From an uncultured Alphaproteobacteria bacterium (GTDB taxonomy: Bacteria; Bacteroidota; Ignavibacteria; OLB7): a DNA stretch of 64,000 nt. The DNA is taken from contig CAYWXV010000001.1 of assembly GCA_964462535.1 (NCBI GenBank), positions 165,380 to 229,379 on the forward strand. Reading direction: 5' to 3'. Under the pieces are notes generated by a model. It saw nothing but the letters and a program-made list of their open reading frames with translations, was not told the DNA's origin and did not search any database. Positions 1 to 9,549 of this stretch are shown here, in pieces; within the stretch, counting starts at the first letter, position 1, and every line of letters starts with the position of its first letter. The position numbers and the translations under genes are program-made.

Positions 1-2378
1 GTTTGGGTCGAGTTCGCCGTAGTACGCTTCGGCGCAAATTTCCTTCGGAGACAGTGTTCCCGTGTTCACCTCAACAAGAACATTAACCGTTTGGTCGACC
101 TTCATGACCGTCCGAGCGTGCACATTTGCCTTGACGATCCGAACTGAACCCCATTCGGACTCGACGTGCTGCTTCCAGGCCACAAGCGCTCTTGCCTTCG
201 CGGCGTTATCGCTGTAAAGCGTGCGGAATCGATCGGAGCACGTGAAATAGGCACGCTGCGCGTAGTCTTCCACCATGCGGTCCGATCCGAACCGAGGAAC
301 GATCGTCATGAGCGCCCGCTTCTGCATTTCCACCCACGCGACCGGGATGTCCTCTTCGTTCCGGTCGTAGAACTTTGGAATCACCTCATCTTCCAGTACA
401 CGGTAGAGGAGCCGGGACTCAAACTCATCCTGGAGCTCGGCATCGGCCAGCTCTTCTCCAGAACCGATTGCAAATCCGTTCGTGCAATCGTAAGCCTCAG
501 GCCACCATCCATCCATGATCGAGAGATTCAGAGCCCCATTTATAGCCGCCTTCATCCCACTTGTACCTGATGCCTCGAGTGGACGCCTCGGCGTGTTGAG
601 CCAGACATCACAACCGGCAGTCATCATTCGGGCGACACCAAGATCATAGTCCTCTACGAAGACAATGCGGCTCTCTAGCCCGTTGTCGCGAATGAAGGCG
701 ATGACCTCCTGAAGAAATGCCTTCCCGGGGGTGTCCTGCGGGTGGGCCTTCCCGGCCACAACGAGTTGGATTGGACGTTCAGCATCCGTGAATAACCGTA
801 CTGCGCGCTCTCGGTCCCGGAAGAGGAGGGTGGCTCTCTTGTAGGTAGCGAAGCGACGAGCGAATCCGATTGTAAGGACGGCCGGATCAAGAATACGGGC
901 CACTTCACGTGCGGTGGTTGACCGCGAGAACCACTCGGCTCGCTGTTCGTCGAGGCGCTTGTGTATGTAGTGGATAAGGTCCGAACGGAGGTGGTTCTTC
1001 ACGCGCCAGAGCTCGTCGTTTGGAATGGCATGTACGGCGGACCAGGTCTGCGGGCTGCTGATGGCATCGCCCCAGTGCTTCCCAAGGTATTGATCGAACA
1101 GCCTTCGAATTGGATCGGCAATCCAGGTCTTTGTGTGAACGCCGTTTGTGATGCCGGTGATTGGTGTCTCAGCTGGCGGCGTGTTCGTCCATAGATCCTT
1201 CCACATCTGACGAGATACCTCCCCGTGGAGCTGACTGACACCGTTCCGCTTTGAGGTCATCTTGAGCGCGAGGACCGTCATGGAGAAGTTCTCGAGGTCG
1301 TTGGATGGATCGACTCTTCCGAGCGCCAGAAACTCATGCTTCGACAGACCCAGGCTCTGTCGATACGTCGAGAAGTACTGCTCCATCAACTCGGGTGGGA
1401 ACGCGTCATTGCCGGCAGGGACGGGAGTATGTGTCGTAAAGACAGATCCGGCGGCGGTTAGCTCGGCGGCCTCGGCGAACGAGAGTCCTTGGTTCACCAT
1501 GAACTGTCGCGTCCTTTCGAGCATCAGGAAGGCGCTGTGACCCTCGTTGGAGTGCGTGACGGTCGGCTGAATGTTCATTGCCTGCAAGGCCCGGAGGCCT
1601 CCGATGCCCAGCATGATCTCCTGCATGATGCGCAGCTCCTGATCACCACCATAGAGGTGATCGGCAATGTCCCTGTATTCGGGAATGGTGTTCTCTGCAA
1701 TGTTGGTATCGAGCAGGTAGAGGGGGATTCGCCCGATGTCGAGCCGCCAGATCTTTGCAGTGACCGGCCCGAGTGGGAAATCGACGGTGATCCGGATCGG
1801 TTCACCGCTACTGTCGACAACCTCGCTCAACAGAAGATTCGTTGGGTTGTTGAGATCATAGCTCTCTCGTTGCGCACCGTCCACAGAGAGGCGTTGATGG
1901 AAGTACCCCATCTGATAGAGAAGCCCAACGCACACCATTGGCAGGGCAAGGTCGCTGGATGACTTCGTGTGATCACCGCTCAGGACACCGAGTCCCCCGG
2001 AGTAGAGCGGGATCGATTCGTGCAGCCCATACTCCGCTGAGAGGTAGGCGATCACCTCGCCGGCCGCACTCTCTTCCGAACGGACCTGATGGTACCAGCC
2101 CGGGCTGTTCCTATAGCGATCCAGTTCAGCTACTGCGGCATCGTACCGGTGAAGGAAGCTGTCGTCGCCGGCCTTCCGTTCCAGGTCCTCGGCGGACACG
2201 CCTTCCAGCATATGCACCGGATGATGGTTCGACCGATGCCATCGCTCCGGGTCAATCGCGCGAATTGCCTCTCGAATCTCCGGTTGCCAGGTCCAATAGA
2301 GATTGCGATAGAGTTCGTGAAGTCGGCTGATACGCGGTGGCAGGTTGTTGGCAACAGTAAACGTTGCAATCGGTCGCA
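1..2378 (-). CDS. glgP: Alpha-glucan (glycogen/maltodextrin) phosphorylase, TIGR02094/GlgP-like. The 5' end is complete and the 3' end runs off the window.
   Basis: My reverse-strand translation from the ATG (reverse complement of 2376-2378) gives MRPIATFTVANNLPPRISRLHELYRNLYWTWQPE...SGGLGVLSGDHTKSSSDLALPMVCVGLLYQMGYFHQRL, and later ...RIVFVEDYDLGVARMMTAGCDVWLNTPRRPLEASGTSGMKAAINGALNLSIMDGWW. EASGTSGMK is the PLP-lysine motif of alpha-glucan phosphorylases. The ORF track misses it because no stop codon lies inside the window. Confidence 0.85.
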
Positions 2379-2429
2379 TGGCAGAGGGTAGTCGAGTGAG
2401 GTTGGACAAAATCGCTCGAAGATACCACG

Positions 2430-3458
2430 ATGGGCTGTTGCAGGGTCAGTTGCGTATCTTCGCACCCTCCTAATTCACGAGCTGATACGGTTTCGGCTCC
2501 CTGGCCACGTCTCGATATCCACATTCGTTTGCCGGAACTGATGACGACCTCTGAATTGAACGATGAGATCACCGCCTACGTCCACAATCGCGTGGACGAG
2601 AATGAGTATCGGTTGAAGGCACAGCACGCTGAGAACGAGTGCGCTGACTGCGGCGTGCAATTCGAGGCTGAGGTGGAACGTCGCCTCCAGAGTAGCGTTG
2701 ATGCGGATAAGGGCACGCGTGCTCAGCTGCCTCACGCAGTAGGGGACGGACAGCCTTCCGCCGATTCGGGTGGCCGTGGCCCGTCGTCGAACGGTGTGGA
2801 TCAACCAACGCACGGCCGAACCTGGATAGCTCGATTCGAATCCGATTGGATGTCGTCCGGCGGTGTCGTCATTGCGTTAGCGGCCATCGCCGGTTCACTC
2901 TGGGTACTGGGAGTGTTCACTCCATCAAAAGAGGCGGTCTTGCCTGGACAGGAGTTGGTGGAGGGCGAGGGTGTCACGAAACCCGTGCTGGCGTCGCCGA
3001 TCAACGTGCTGAACCAGACGACCAAGAACCTCCAGGCCGTCAAGAGGGGGGAATTGTCAGTTGAGCATGCAGAGGAAGATCCGGTCGCACTTCGGGAATA
3101 CTTCATGGAAGAGGGGGTAGGCTACGGAACCGATATTCCGAAGGCCAGCCTGCCATTGTCGGGTGGCTTTGTCACCGCACACCTGGACAAGGGGAAGGAG
3201 CGGAAGTTCGCCCACTGGGTGTACACTCGGGAAGATGAACGCATCGTGGTCTTTGCACTTCCGGCCGCGGTATTAGCCGAAGGAACGTTGTTCTATCTGA
3301 CGCCCGACGCTCTGGCCCGCCTCGATTCCGGCGAACGACTTTGGGAGGATTTCGGGGACGGTGGCACCTTGTGTGCGCTTCGGAAGGGTGATGTCGTCTA
3401 CGTTGTTTCGTCAACGCTCGACATGAGTGACCTTCGCTCGTCATACCCCGGGCTTTGA
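2430..3458 (+). CDS. Hypothetical membrane-anchored protein with one predicted TM helix (VVIALAAIAGSLWVLGVF). The true start may be the internal Met near 2541.
   Basis: Long ORF in the coding orientation of its neighbours with GC3-rich codon usage. I recognise no domain. Confidence 0.35.
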   Translation: MGCCRVSCVSSHPPNSRADTVSAPWPRLDIHIRLPELMTTSELNDEITAYVHNRVDENEYRLKAQHAENECADCGVQFEAEVERRLQSSVDADKGTRAQLPHAVGDGQPSADSGGRGPSSNGVDQPTHGRTWIARFESDWMSSGGVVIALAAIAGSLWVLGVFTPSKEAVLPGQELVEGEGVTKPVLASPINVLNQTTKNLQAVKRGELSVEHAEEDPVALREYFMEEGVGYGTDIPKASLPLSGGFVTAHLDKGKERKFAHWVYTREDERIVVFALPAAVLAEGTLFYLTPDALARLDSGERLWEDFGDGGTLCALRKGDVVYVVSSTLDMSDLRSSYPGL

Positions 3459-3470
3459 CACGAACATATC

Positions 3471-4142
3471 ATGACTATGAACTCGATTACCAATTCGCTC
3501 ATTCTACTGCTGGCAGCTGTATCTGCATCACTTGTCTCATGTACCGGGCAGGGCGAGTCGCGCTCCGGTGCCAGCAACACTGTACAGACGGCTACCCCTG
3601 ACAAGCCGTCGACTCCCCCGGCTGCAGCGGAAACCCCAACAGAGGCGCCCGCAAATCCCGACGAGGATCGACGGGGACCAGGCGTGTATACTCTGGCATC
3701 TGTAGACAACGGAACGGCGGCGCCTGGTCAACCGGCGCCCAATTTTTCGTGGAAGGGGAGCGATGGGCGGACGCGATCGCTTGCTGATTACAAGGGGCGA
3801 GTCGTCTTGATCAATTTCTGGGGGACGTGGTGCCCACCGTGCCGGCGGGAGCTTCCCGACATCGTGAGTCTCCGGGAGGAGTACAAGTCCAAGGGATTTG
3901 AAGTCATTGGCATCTGTCTTGAACGATCAGACGATCCCGTGTCTGTCGTCACCGAATTTGCGTCGGCGAACGGTTTGATGTATCCGCTCCTGATTGGCAA
4001 TGAGTACATCGCTTCAGCGTACGGTGGTATTCAGGCAGTCCCGACGACGTTCGTGGTCGACAAGTCAGGGATCGTACGCGAGAGCCTTGTTGGAATGCAG
4101 TCCGCATCGGCCTTCAAGGGGGCCGTCGATCGCGCGATGTAA
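3471..4142 (+). CDS. TlpA/ResA-like thiol:disulfide oxidoreductase, a thioredoxin-fold lipoprotein.
   Basis: Signal peptide plus lipobox (LLLLAAVSASLVSC). WGTWCPPCRRELPDI is the CxxC thioredoxin motif. Pro/Thr-rich linker. Confidence 0.8.
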   Translation: MTMNSITNSLILLLAAVSASLVSCTGQGESRSGASNTVQTATPDKPSTPPAAAETPTEAPANPDEDRRGPGVYTLASVDNGTAAPGQPAPNFSWKGSDGRTRSLADYKGRVVLINFWGTWCPPCRRELPDIVSLREEYKSKGFEVIGICLERSDDPVSVVTEFASANGLMYPLLIGNEYIASAYGGIQAVPTTFVVDKSGIVRESLVGMQSASAFKGAVDRAM

Positions 4143-4153
4143 TCGGGTATGAT

Positions 4154-4903
4154 GTGAAGCCGATGCCGATTAGCCGGTCCCAGGCCACTCTCATCAGAAG
4201 CCTGCACGATCGGAAGGGGCGCCAACGACATGGCGCATATATCGCTGAAGGGGACCGTGCGGTCGCAGAGATCGCTCGGTCGGCCGCCCGTCCCGAACTG
4301 GTATTTGCAATACCCGAAGCCGTGCTGCGTGCGGAGGCAATGCTGCCCGGCGTTCCCATTGCCGTCGTCGGTGATCGGCATCACGGTCTGTTCGCGACAG
4401 AGAATTCTCAGGGAATAGGCGTCGTAGTGGAACTTCCGCACGTCACTCCCGATCTATCGGCCCTGCCGCGCCATCAGCCGCTCGTCCACCTCGAATCAAT
4501 TTCCGATCCTGGCAATCTCGGGACGATCATTCGTACGGCTGACTGGTTTGGTCACGAAGCGATTTCGCTGGGGAGGGGGAGTGCGGATCCGTTCAACCCG
4601 AAGGGAGTCCGCGCAAGCATGGGTGGAATCTTTCGACTCCCGGTCGTTGTCGGTACCACACTCGATGAACTTCTTGCGACTCGGCGTCCATTGTTCGCGC
4701 TCGATCTGCGTGGCGTGGATCTCCGGGAGTCACTTCTGCCGGTCGACGGCATCTACGTCGTCGGTTCCGAGGCACATGGCCTATCCGACGATACCCGTTC
4801 GATGAGCACTCTTCTTTCGATTCAAGGAGGGGGAGGTGGGGATAGTCTGAACGCGGCAATGGCCGCGGCTATTCTGATGTACGAGCTCTCTTGTCGGCGT
4901 TGA
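4154..4903 (+). CDS. SpoU/TrmH-family RNA 2'-O-methyltransferase (RlmB-like).
   Basis: Motifs ESISDPGNLGTIIRTADWFG, IYVVGSEAHGLS and LNAAMAAAILMYEL are typical of the SPOUT TrmH family. Confidence 0.8.
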   Translation: MKPMPISRSQATLIRSLHDRKGRQRHGAYIAEGDRAVAEIARSAARPELVFAIPEAVLRAEAMLPGVPIAVVGDRHHGLFATENSQGIGVVVELPHVTPDLSALPRHQPLVHLESISDPGNLGTIIRTADWFGHEAISLGRGSADPFNPKGVRASMGGIFRLPVVVGTTLDELLATRRPLFALDLRGVDLRESLLPVDGIYVVGSEAHGLSDDTRSMSTLLSIQGGGGGDSLNAAMAAAILMYELSCRR

Positions 4904-4904
4904 G

Positions 4905-6074
4905 TCATTCCGCCGCCACCGACTCTACTCTCCCTGCCACGTCGATCACGAAGGACGTTGCTCCGCCCATCTCCACGGTCCGCCCATCCTCGCCGCCGAC
5001 GAAGTGAATTGTCAACCTCCCTCCGTCGAACCGACCAACGAGGAACCCGCCGATGCTGCGGCCTTCATCGGACTCCAGGGGGTGAGTCCAGATATGGGGA
5101 GGTGACGCATTTCGAACACGGCTTCGTTCAGCGCCGGCGCCGCTGATCGCCATCAAGCGCGGGTGCCTCTCAGGTCCAGCGTCTAGAAACTGAAGACTGT
5201 GATCATGCCCCGCCACTAACAACTGGACGGTGGCGCCGCTCCGCCGGACAATTGCGGTGAGCGAGTCAGAATACGCTCGGTACTTCTCCGCACAGTTGTC
5301 TTGCGAACTGATGAGTTCCTCGACGTACTTGCGAGGATCCATCCCGTCATCGGCACAGTTGCCTACCCACTCGACACGCCGCCGCGATTTGTCCCACCTC
5401 CGCCACCCACCGTGCTCCCCCACGCTTACCGGCGAGTGATGTGCAAGAATGATCCTCCACCGAATACCTGGAGCTGTTGCGGAGAGGCGCAGAAGCTCAC
5501 CCAGGCTGTCCAACACAGGCTTCCACGCTCGCTGATCCGTGGTCAGGAGCAAGGCGGAGTCAAAGAGTATGAACTCGACGGAATCGATCGACCCGGACAT
5601 GACGGATCTCCTGATCGACGTGGGCCATATCATGTGGTAGACCCACCACGGTATTGACATCTCGCGCATGTTCCCCTGGATGCACGTTCCAAGTGGGATG
5701 GGCCCCAGCTCCTCGCAGTAGTAGTCATGGTTGCCTGCTATTCCATGTACATTGTGCCGTCCGAGAAGCTCCATGGCAGGGCGGAAGGGCGCCAGGCATT
5801 CGTTGATCAGCTCGGACTGGCGGTCAGGCGAATGATTCAGGCCAATTGGGTAGAAATTGTCGCCCAGGAAAAACAAGAGACCGAGGCGCTGATCCCCAGT
5901 GGATGACGCGAGATCGGTGATTGCCCGCGCGTTTGCACTGAGGACGTCGCCGGCCTCACCGATATCACCGATGGCGGCGAATGTGAGAGGACCATCGTGC
6001 TGGCCCATCACCGGGCTTCCCCCAAGGCAAATGGTCGCGACGGCGAGTATTATTCCGGCGATGTGAACGTGCAT
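4905..6074 (-). CDS. Secreted metallophosphoesterase (calcineurin-like / purple acid phosphatase-like).
   Basis: N-terminal signal peptide. GDIGE...GDNFY...GNHDYY...AGHDHSLQ are metallophosphoesterase metal-binding motifs. Confidence 0.7.
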   Translation of the reverse strand: MHVHIAGIILAVATICLGGSPVMGQHDGPLTFAAIGDIGEAGDVLSANARAITDLASSTGDQRLGLLFFLGDNFYPIGLNHSPDRQSELINECLAPFRPAMELLGRHNVHGIAGNHDYYCEELGPIPLGTCIQGNMREMSIPWWVYHMIWPTSIRRSVMSGSIDSVEFILFDSALLLTTDQRAWKPVLDSLGELLRLSATAPGIRWRIILAHHSPVSVGEHGGWRRWDKSRRRVEWVGNCADDGMDPRKYVEELISSQDNCAEKYRAYSDSLTAIVRRSGATVQLLVAGHDHSLQFLDAGPERHPRLMAISGAGAERSRVRNASPPHIWTHPLESDEGRSIGGFLVGRFDGGRLTIHFVGGEDGRTVEMGGATSFVIDVAGRVESVAAE

Positions 6075-6098
6075 GGAGGACGGGACTATGAGTTTCCG

Positions 6099-6126
6099 GG
6101 AACCGATCGATCGAAGTCAGCTCTAA
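6099..6126 (+). promoter_or_regulatory. Putative ECF (sigma-E-type) promoter: GGAAC-N18-TCTAA, about 35 nt upstream of the ECF sigma ATG.
   Basis: GGAAC at 6099-6103 and TCTAA at 6122-6126 match the sigma-E/ECF02-like -35/-10 spacing. ECF sigma genes are commonly autoregulated. Confidence 0.35.
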
Positions 6127-6160
6127 ACCTGCAGAGCGCAATTCTGCAAACCCCTCCTCG

Positions 6161-6760
6161 ATGACAACCGCCAGTGATGAAGAACTGATCGAGGCGACCC
6201 TGGCGGGGCGCAGGAATGCGTTTGCGGAACTCGTACGACGCCACGAACGGCGGGTGGAATCGACGATTCGCGGCGTGCTTGGCAATCTGGCCCGGGAGGA
6301 TCTGGCTGATGTTGCACAAGACATCTTTCTCCTCGTTTTTAAGGGACTCGCTTCATTTCGGAGCGAATCGCTCTTTTCGACGTGGGTGACCCGAATCGCA
6401 TTGCGACATTGCTTCCGCGAACAGAAGAGGAGGAAGCGTCGCAGTTCGATCTTTCTCCACGCCCGGACGGACGATGACGGACGTTCGGCTGAAGAGACCA
6501 TTGCTTCGCCGGGAAGCACTGACAGGGCAATCATTGCTGACGAGCGAAAGTCAGCCGTCGTCGACGCACTGTACCGGCTCCCGGAGGAATTCCGAACGGT
6601 GCTCGTTATGCGCATCGTCGAGGAGATGCCTGTCGAAGAGGTCGCCGCAGTGCTCGGCGTATCGACAGGAACGGTGAAGTCAAGACTCCATCGGGCAAAA
6701 GATAAGATGCGCGAGCTACTGCAAGGACAGGACGTGGAATTCGCCCTGGAACCCGGATAG
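6161..6760 (+). CDS. RNA polymerase ECF-subfamily sigma-70 factor.
   Basis: Region 2 (ELVRRHERRVESTIRGVLGN...DIFLLVFKGL) and region 4 HTH (EEVAAVLGVSTGTVKSRLHRAKDKMRELL). Confidence 0.85.
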   Translation: MTTASDEELIEATLAGRRNAFAELVRRHERRVESTIRGVLGNLAREDLADVAQDIFLLVFKGLASFRSESLFSTWVTRIALRHCFREQKRRKRRSSIFLHARTDDDGRSAEETIASPGSTDRAIIADERKSAVVDALYRLPEEFRTVLVMRIVEEMPVEEVAAVLGVSTGTVKSRLHRAKDKMRELLQGQDVEFALEPG

Positions 6761-6776
6761 GGGAGGTTATACATCC

Positions 6777-7091
6777 GTGAGACCAACGTTGGATTCGAAT
6801 GAAGAGAGCGAGCTGTCGCGCCCATCTATCGACAGCATACTGCGATCGGAGATCCCACGCGGACTCCCAATTGGGTTCGCGGAGCGCATGGCCGATCTGG
6901 CGATGTCCGCGCCCGCGCGTGATCGTCTGTCGATTTGGGACCTCCTACTCCAGTTGAGTCCACGGGTTGGCATTGCCGCAGGTGTCATCGCCACTCTCCT
7001 CCTCGTCTTTGCTTTGACCGGCGAAGGTCCGACGATGTTTGAGGCGATGGGGGACTATGCTACCGTGGAGACGATAATCTCAATACCATGA
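6777..7091 (+). CDS. Small single-pass membrane protein; putative cognate anti-sigma factor.
   Basis: Sits directly downstream of the ECF sigma. TM helix VGIAAGVIATLLLVFALTG. ATGA overlap with the next gene. No zinc-anti-sigma HxxxCxxC motif. Confidence 0.35.
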   Translation: MRPTLDSNEESELSRPSIDSILRSEIPRGLPIGFAERMADLAMSAPARDRLSIWDLLLQLSPRVGIAAGVIATLLLVFALTGEGPTMFEAMGDYATVETIISIP

Positions 7092-7969
7092 TGACGACGC
7101 GTCAGAAAGCAATACTCGGACTCGCGGCAGTTTTCGTGATCGGTGGGATTATCGGCGCCGCGATCGTCGGGCTGGTGGTTCGGGAGAACGTCCAGTCAGC
7201 TCGCTCACTTCGGGAGCGTGATGGGTTCCTTCGCTTTGTCGAGCACCGACTTGAATTGACGGAGGCACAACGTGACTCGCTCGCCGACGAACTTGATTCT
7301 CTGTACACCAATCTGGCCAGTCTCCGCAAATCAACCTCCAACGAACTGGCAGCTCTGCTCGACTCGTTTCGCGTTCGCGTGGAACCGCAGCTGACCCCCC
7401 ATCAACGAGAACTCCTGAAGCGACAGGAGGAGTTCATGCGACACGGCCTTCCCCCGGCGAGCGATTCGCGTATGCGCCCGTTTGCGCGCCGTGGCCCCCC
7501 ACCGGGTGGAGGTCCCCCCGGTGAAATGGACGCCCCGCCGCCCCTTCTTGACGATGTTCCTCAAGGGAGGGTGGACACGGGGCGACACGGGACAGCCCCC
7601 CCAAGACCCTACCGGTCAGACACGGCGGCCCCGCCACGAGTAGGATCCGGGCAGGTCGAGTTGGGAGTCGTACCATCGGAAGGCGACTCGCTCGCCGCCG
7701 GACTGCGTCGGTTCCAAACGAAATTGGAGAGGCTTCGGGAACACGTGGCTACGACTCCACAACAAAACGAAGCGATTCGGCAGATAGTGGAGGAGACGCT
7801 TCGTCGTGCTCGCATTGCGCGAGAGGAATTCGCTGGCCAGCCGTTTATCCTGAGACGGACGATGCACCGGCTGATGGGGGAGGCGCGCCGCAAGGTGTTT
7901 GATGTGCTGACACCCGAGCAGAGACGGTCCGTGAGGGAGATGCGCGGGGGGCAAAACTTGGAGGACTAG
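7088..7969 (+). CDS. Periplasmic LTXXQ-motif protein (Spy/CpxP-like envelope stress chaperone family) with a Pro/Gly-rich low-complexity linker.
   Basis: N-terminal TM/signal. Repeated LTxxQ motifs: LELTEAQRDSL, LTPHQRELL, LTPEQRRSV. Third gene of a sigma / anti-sigma / effector operon. Confidence 0.6.
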   Translation: MMTTRQKAILGLAAVFVIGGIIGAAIVGLVVRENVQSARSLRERDGFLRFVEHRLELTEAQRDSLADELDSLYTNLASLRKSTSNELAALLDSFRVRVEPQLTPHQRELLKRQEEFMRHGLPPASDSRMRPFARRGPPPGGGPPGEMDAPPPLLDDVPQGRVDTGRHGTAPPRPYRSDTAAPPRVGSGQVELGVVPSEGDSLAAGLRRFQTKLERLREHVATTPQQNEAIRQIVEETLRRARIAREEFAGQPFILRRTMHRLMGEARRKVFDVLTPEQRRSVREMRGGQNLED

Positions 7970-8013
7970 CTGGGTGGCGACTCGCCCCCTTGTGGAATAC
8001 ACACCACCAGTCC

Positions 8014-8060
8014 GGGAATGGTAAACGAGCGGGGCGCTGTTGCGCTCCGCTCGTTCGTTT
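8014..8060 (+). terminator. Probable intrinsic terminator after the ECF operon.
   Basis: 14-bp stem AAACGAGCGGGGCGC / GCGCTCCGCTCGTT (one mismatch) with loop TGTT, followed by a T-rich tract (CGTTTCC...GTTTGCTTCGTTTC). Lies 45 nt after the stop codon. Confidence 0.5.
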
Positions 8061-8177
8061 CCGGCGTGTTTGCTTCGTTTCGGAAGAATTTGATTCGGAC
8101 CCAGGGTAGGCTATATTCGCCGGCCATCGCCCTCCACAACCAGTGTATCACGCTCCATACGACCATACAGATACGGC

Positions 8178-9518
8178 ATGCATTTCGCTCGAGCAATAGA
8201 GGATTCGCTCCACGGACCCGCGCTCAGGGATCGGCTGTCCGATCTTCTGGACGAAGCACGTTCGCGTACATTCGAGGTGATCGAGCCTCTGGCGGCTGAC
8301 GATCTGTTCCAGCAACATGACCGGCTGATGAGTCCCATCATTTGGGACGTTGGTCACATTGGAAACTTCGAGGAGCTCTGGGGAGTTCGCCCCTTTCACG
8401 ACAACGTGCGTCCGGAATACGACGCGATGTACGATGCGATGAAAGTCCCGCGTGCCATACGCGACAAGTTGCCGCTACCGGCTCTGTCGATCGTGATGGA
8501 GTATCTCTCGACCGTTCGAGGTCGTGTAAGCGAATACCTTCGGCGTGCCGATCTTGATAGCTCGGACCCGTTGGTCCACGACGGATATGTTTGGCAGATG
8601 ATCCTCCAGCACGAGTACCAGCACAACGAGACCATCCTGCAGACACTTCAACTGAAAGGGGGCGAGCCCTACAGCCCAGTTCGGCGCCGCCCGCTACCAA
8701 AGGGGAATGGTGCAGTCACTGGAATGACACGCGTACCGGCAGGAGAGTTCCTCATGGGGACAGACGACCGCAGCGCGGCGTACGACAATGAGCGCGACAG
8801 GCACGCGGTGTACGTGCCGGAGTTCCTCATCGACGTTTCCCCCGTTTCGAATGGCGACTACTTGAAGTTCGTCGAGGCGGGTGGGTACGAGCGCCAGGAG
8901 TTCTGGGACCCGGCTGGTTGGGAGTTTATAACGGGACAAGGAATCCACGCCCCAAAGCACTGGAACCAATCGTTGGACGGAACGTGGACGACTCGCTCCA
9001 TGAATCAGTCGGAACCCCTCAACGAAAGACGCCCGGTTTGCCATGTGTGCTGGTACGAGGCCGATGCCTTTGCACGGTACGTGGGCAAGCGACTTCCCAC
9101 CGAGACGGAGTGGGAGAAGGCGGCCGCCTGGAACCCAATCACGGGAGATTCGCTGGCATATCCTTGGGGCAACGATCCACCAAGCCGCGATCGGGCCAAT
9201 CTCGATCAACGTGGGTGGATGGCCGCCGAGATTGGTGCCTATCCTGCCGGGGTCAGTCCGGTTGGGTGTCACCAGATGATCGGCGATGTGTGGGAGTGGA
9301 CGGCGAGTGATTTTCTTCCCTATCCAGGATTCGCAGCCTTCCCGTACGCGGAGTACTCCGAGGTCTTCTTTGGACCCGAGTACAAGGTCCTGCGAGGCGG
9401 GTCGTGGGCGACTCGACCGGGAGCTATTCGCAACACGTTCCGGAACTGGGACTACCCCATTCGCCGTCAGATCTTTGCTGGCTTTCGCTGTGCCATGGAT
9501 CCCGACACCGGCGATTGA
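8178..9518 (+). CDS. egtB: Ergothioneine biosynthesis sulfoxide synthase EgtB (DinB_2 domain plus FGE-sulfatase domain).
   Basis: N-terminal DinB_2 (SPIIWDVGHIGNFEELW). C-terminal FGE-like region (GEFLMGTDD...NERDRHAVYVPEFLIDVSPVSNGDYLKFV...LRGGSW). Confidence 0.85.
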   Translation: MHFARAIEDSLHGPALRDRLSDLLDEARSRTFEVIEPLAADDLFQQHDRLMSPIIWDVGHIGNFEELWGVRPFHDNVRPEYDAMYDAMKVPRAIRDKLPLPALSIVMEYLSTVRGRVSEYLRRADLDSSDPLVHDGYVWQMILQHEYQHNETILQTLQLKGGEPYSPVRRRPLPKGNGAVTGMTRVPAGEFLMGTDDRSAAYDNERDRHAVYVPEFLIDVSPVSNGDYLKFVEAGGYERQEFWDPAGWEFITGQGIHAPKHWNQSLDGTWTTRSMNQSEPLNERRPVCHVCWYEADAFARYVGKRLPTETEWEKAAAWNPITGDSLAYPWGNDPPSRDRANLDQRGWMAAEIGAYPAGVSPVGCHQMIGDVWEWTASDFLPYPGFAAFPYAEYSEVFFGPEYKVLRGGSWATRPGAIRNTFRNWDYPIRRQIFAGFRCAMDPDTGD

Positions 9519-9549
9519 TAGCGCGCTGAACCAAGACTTCGGAGACCCA

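Noticed and set aside
5965-6825. 286-aa minus-strand ORF overlapping the ECF sigma gene
   Set aside because: The plus-strand gene has unmistakable sigma-70 regions 2 and 4. The antisense ORF is low-complexity (Ser/Arg-rich).
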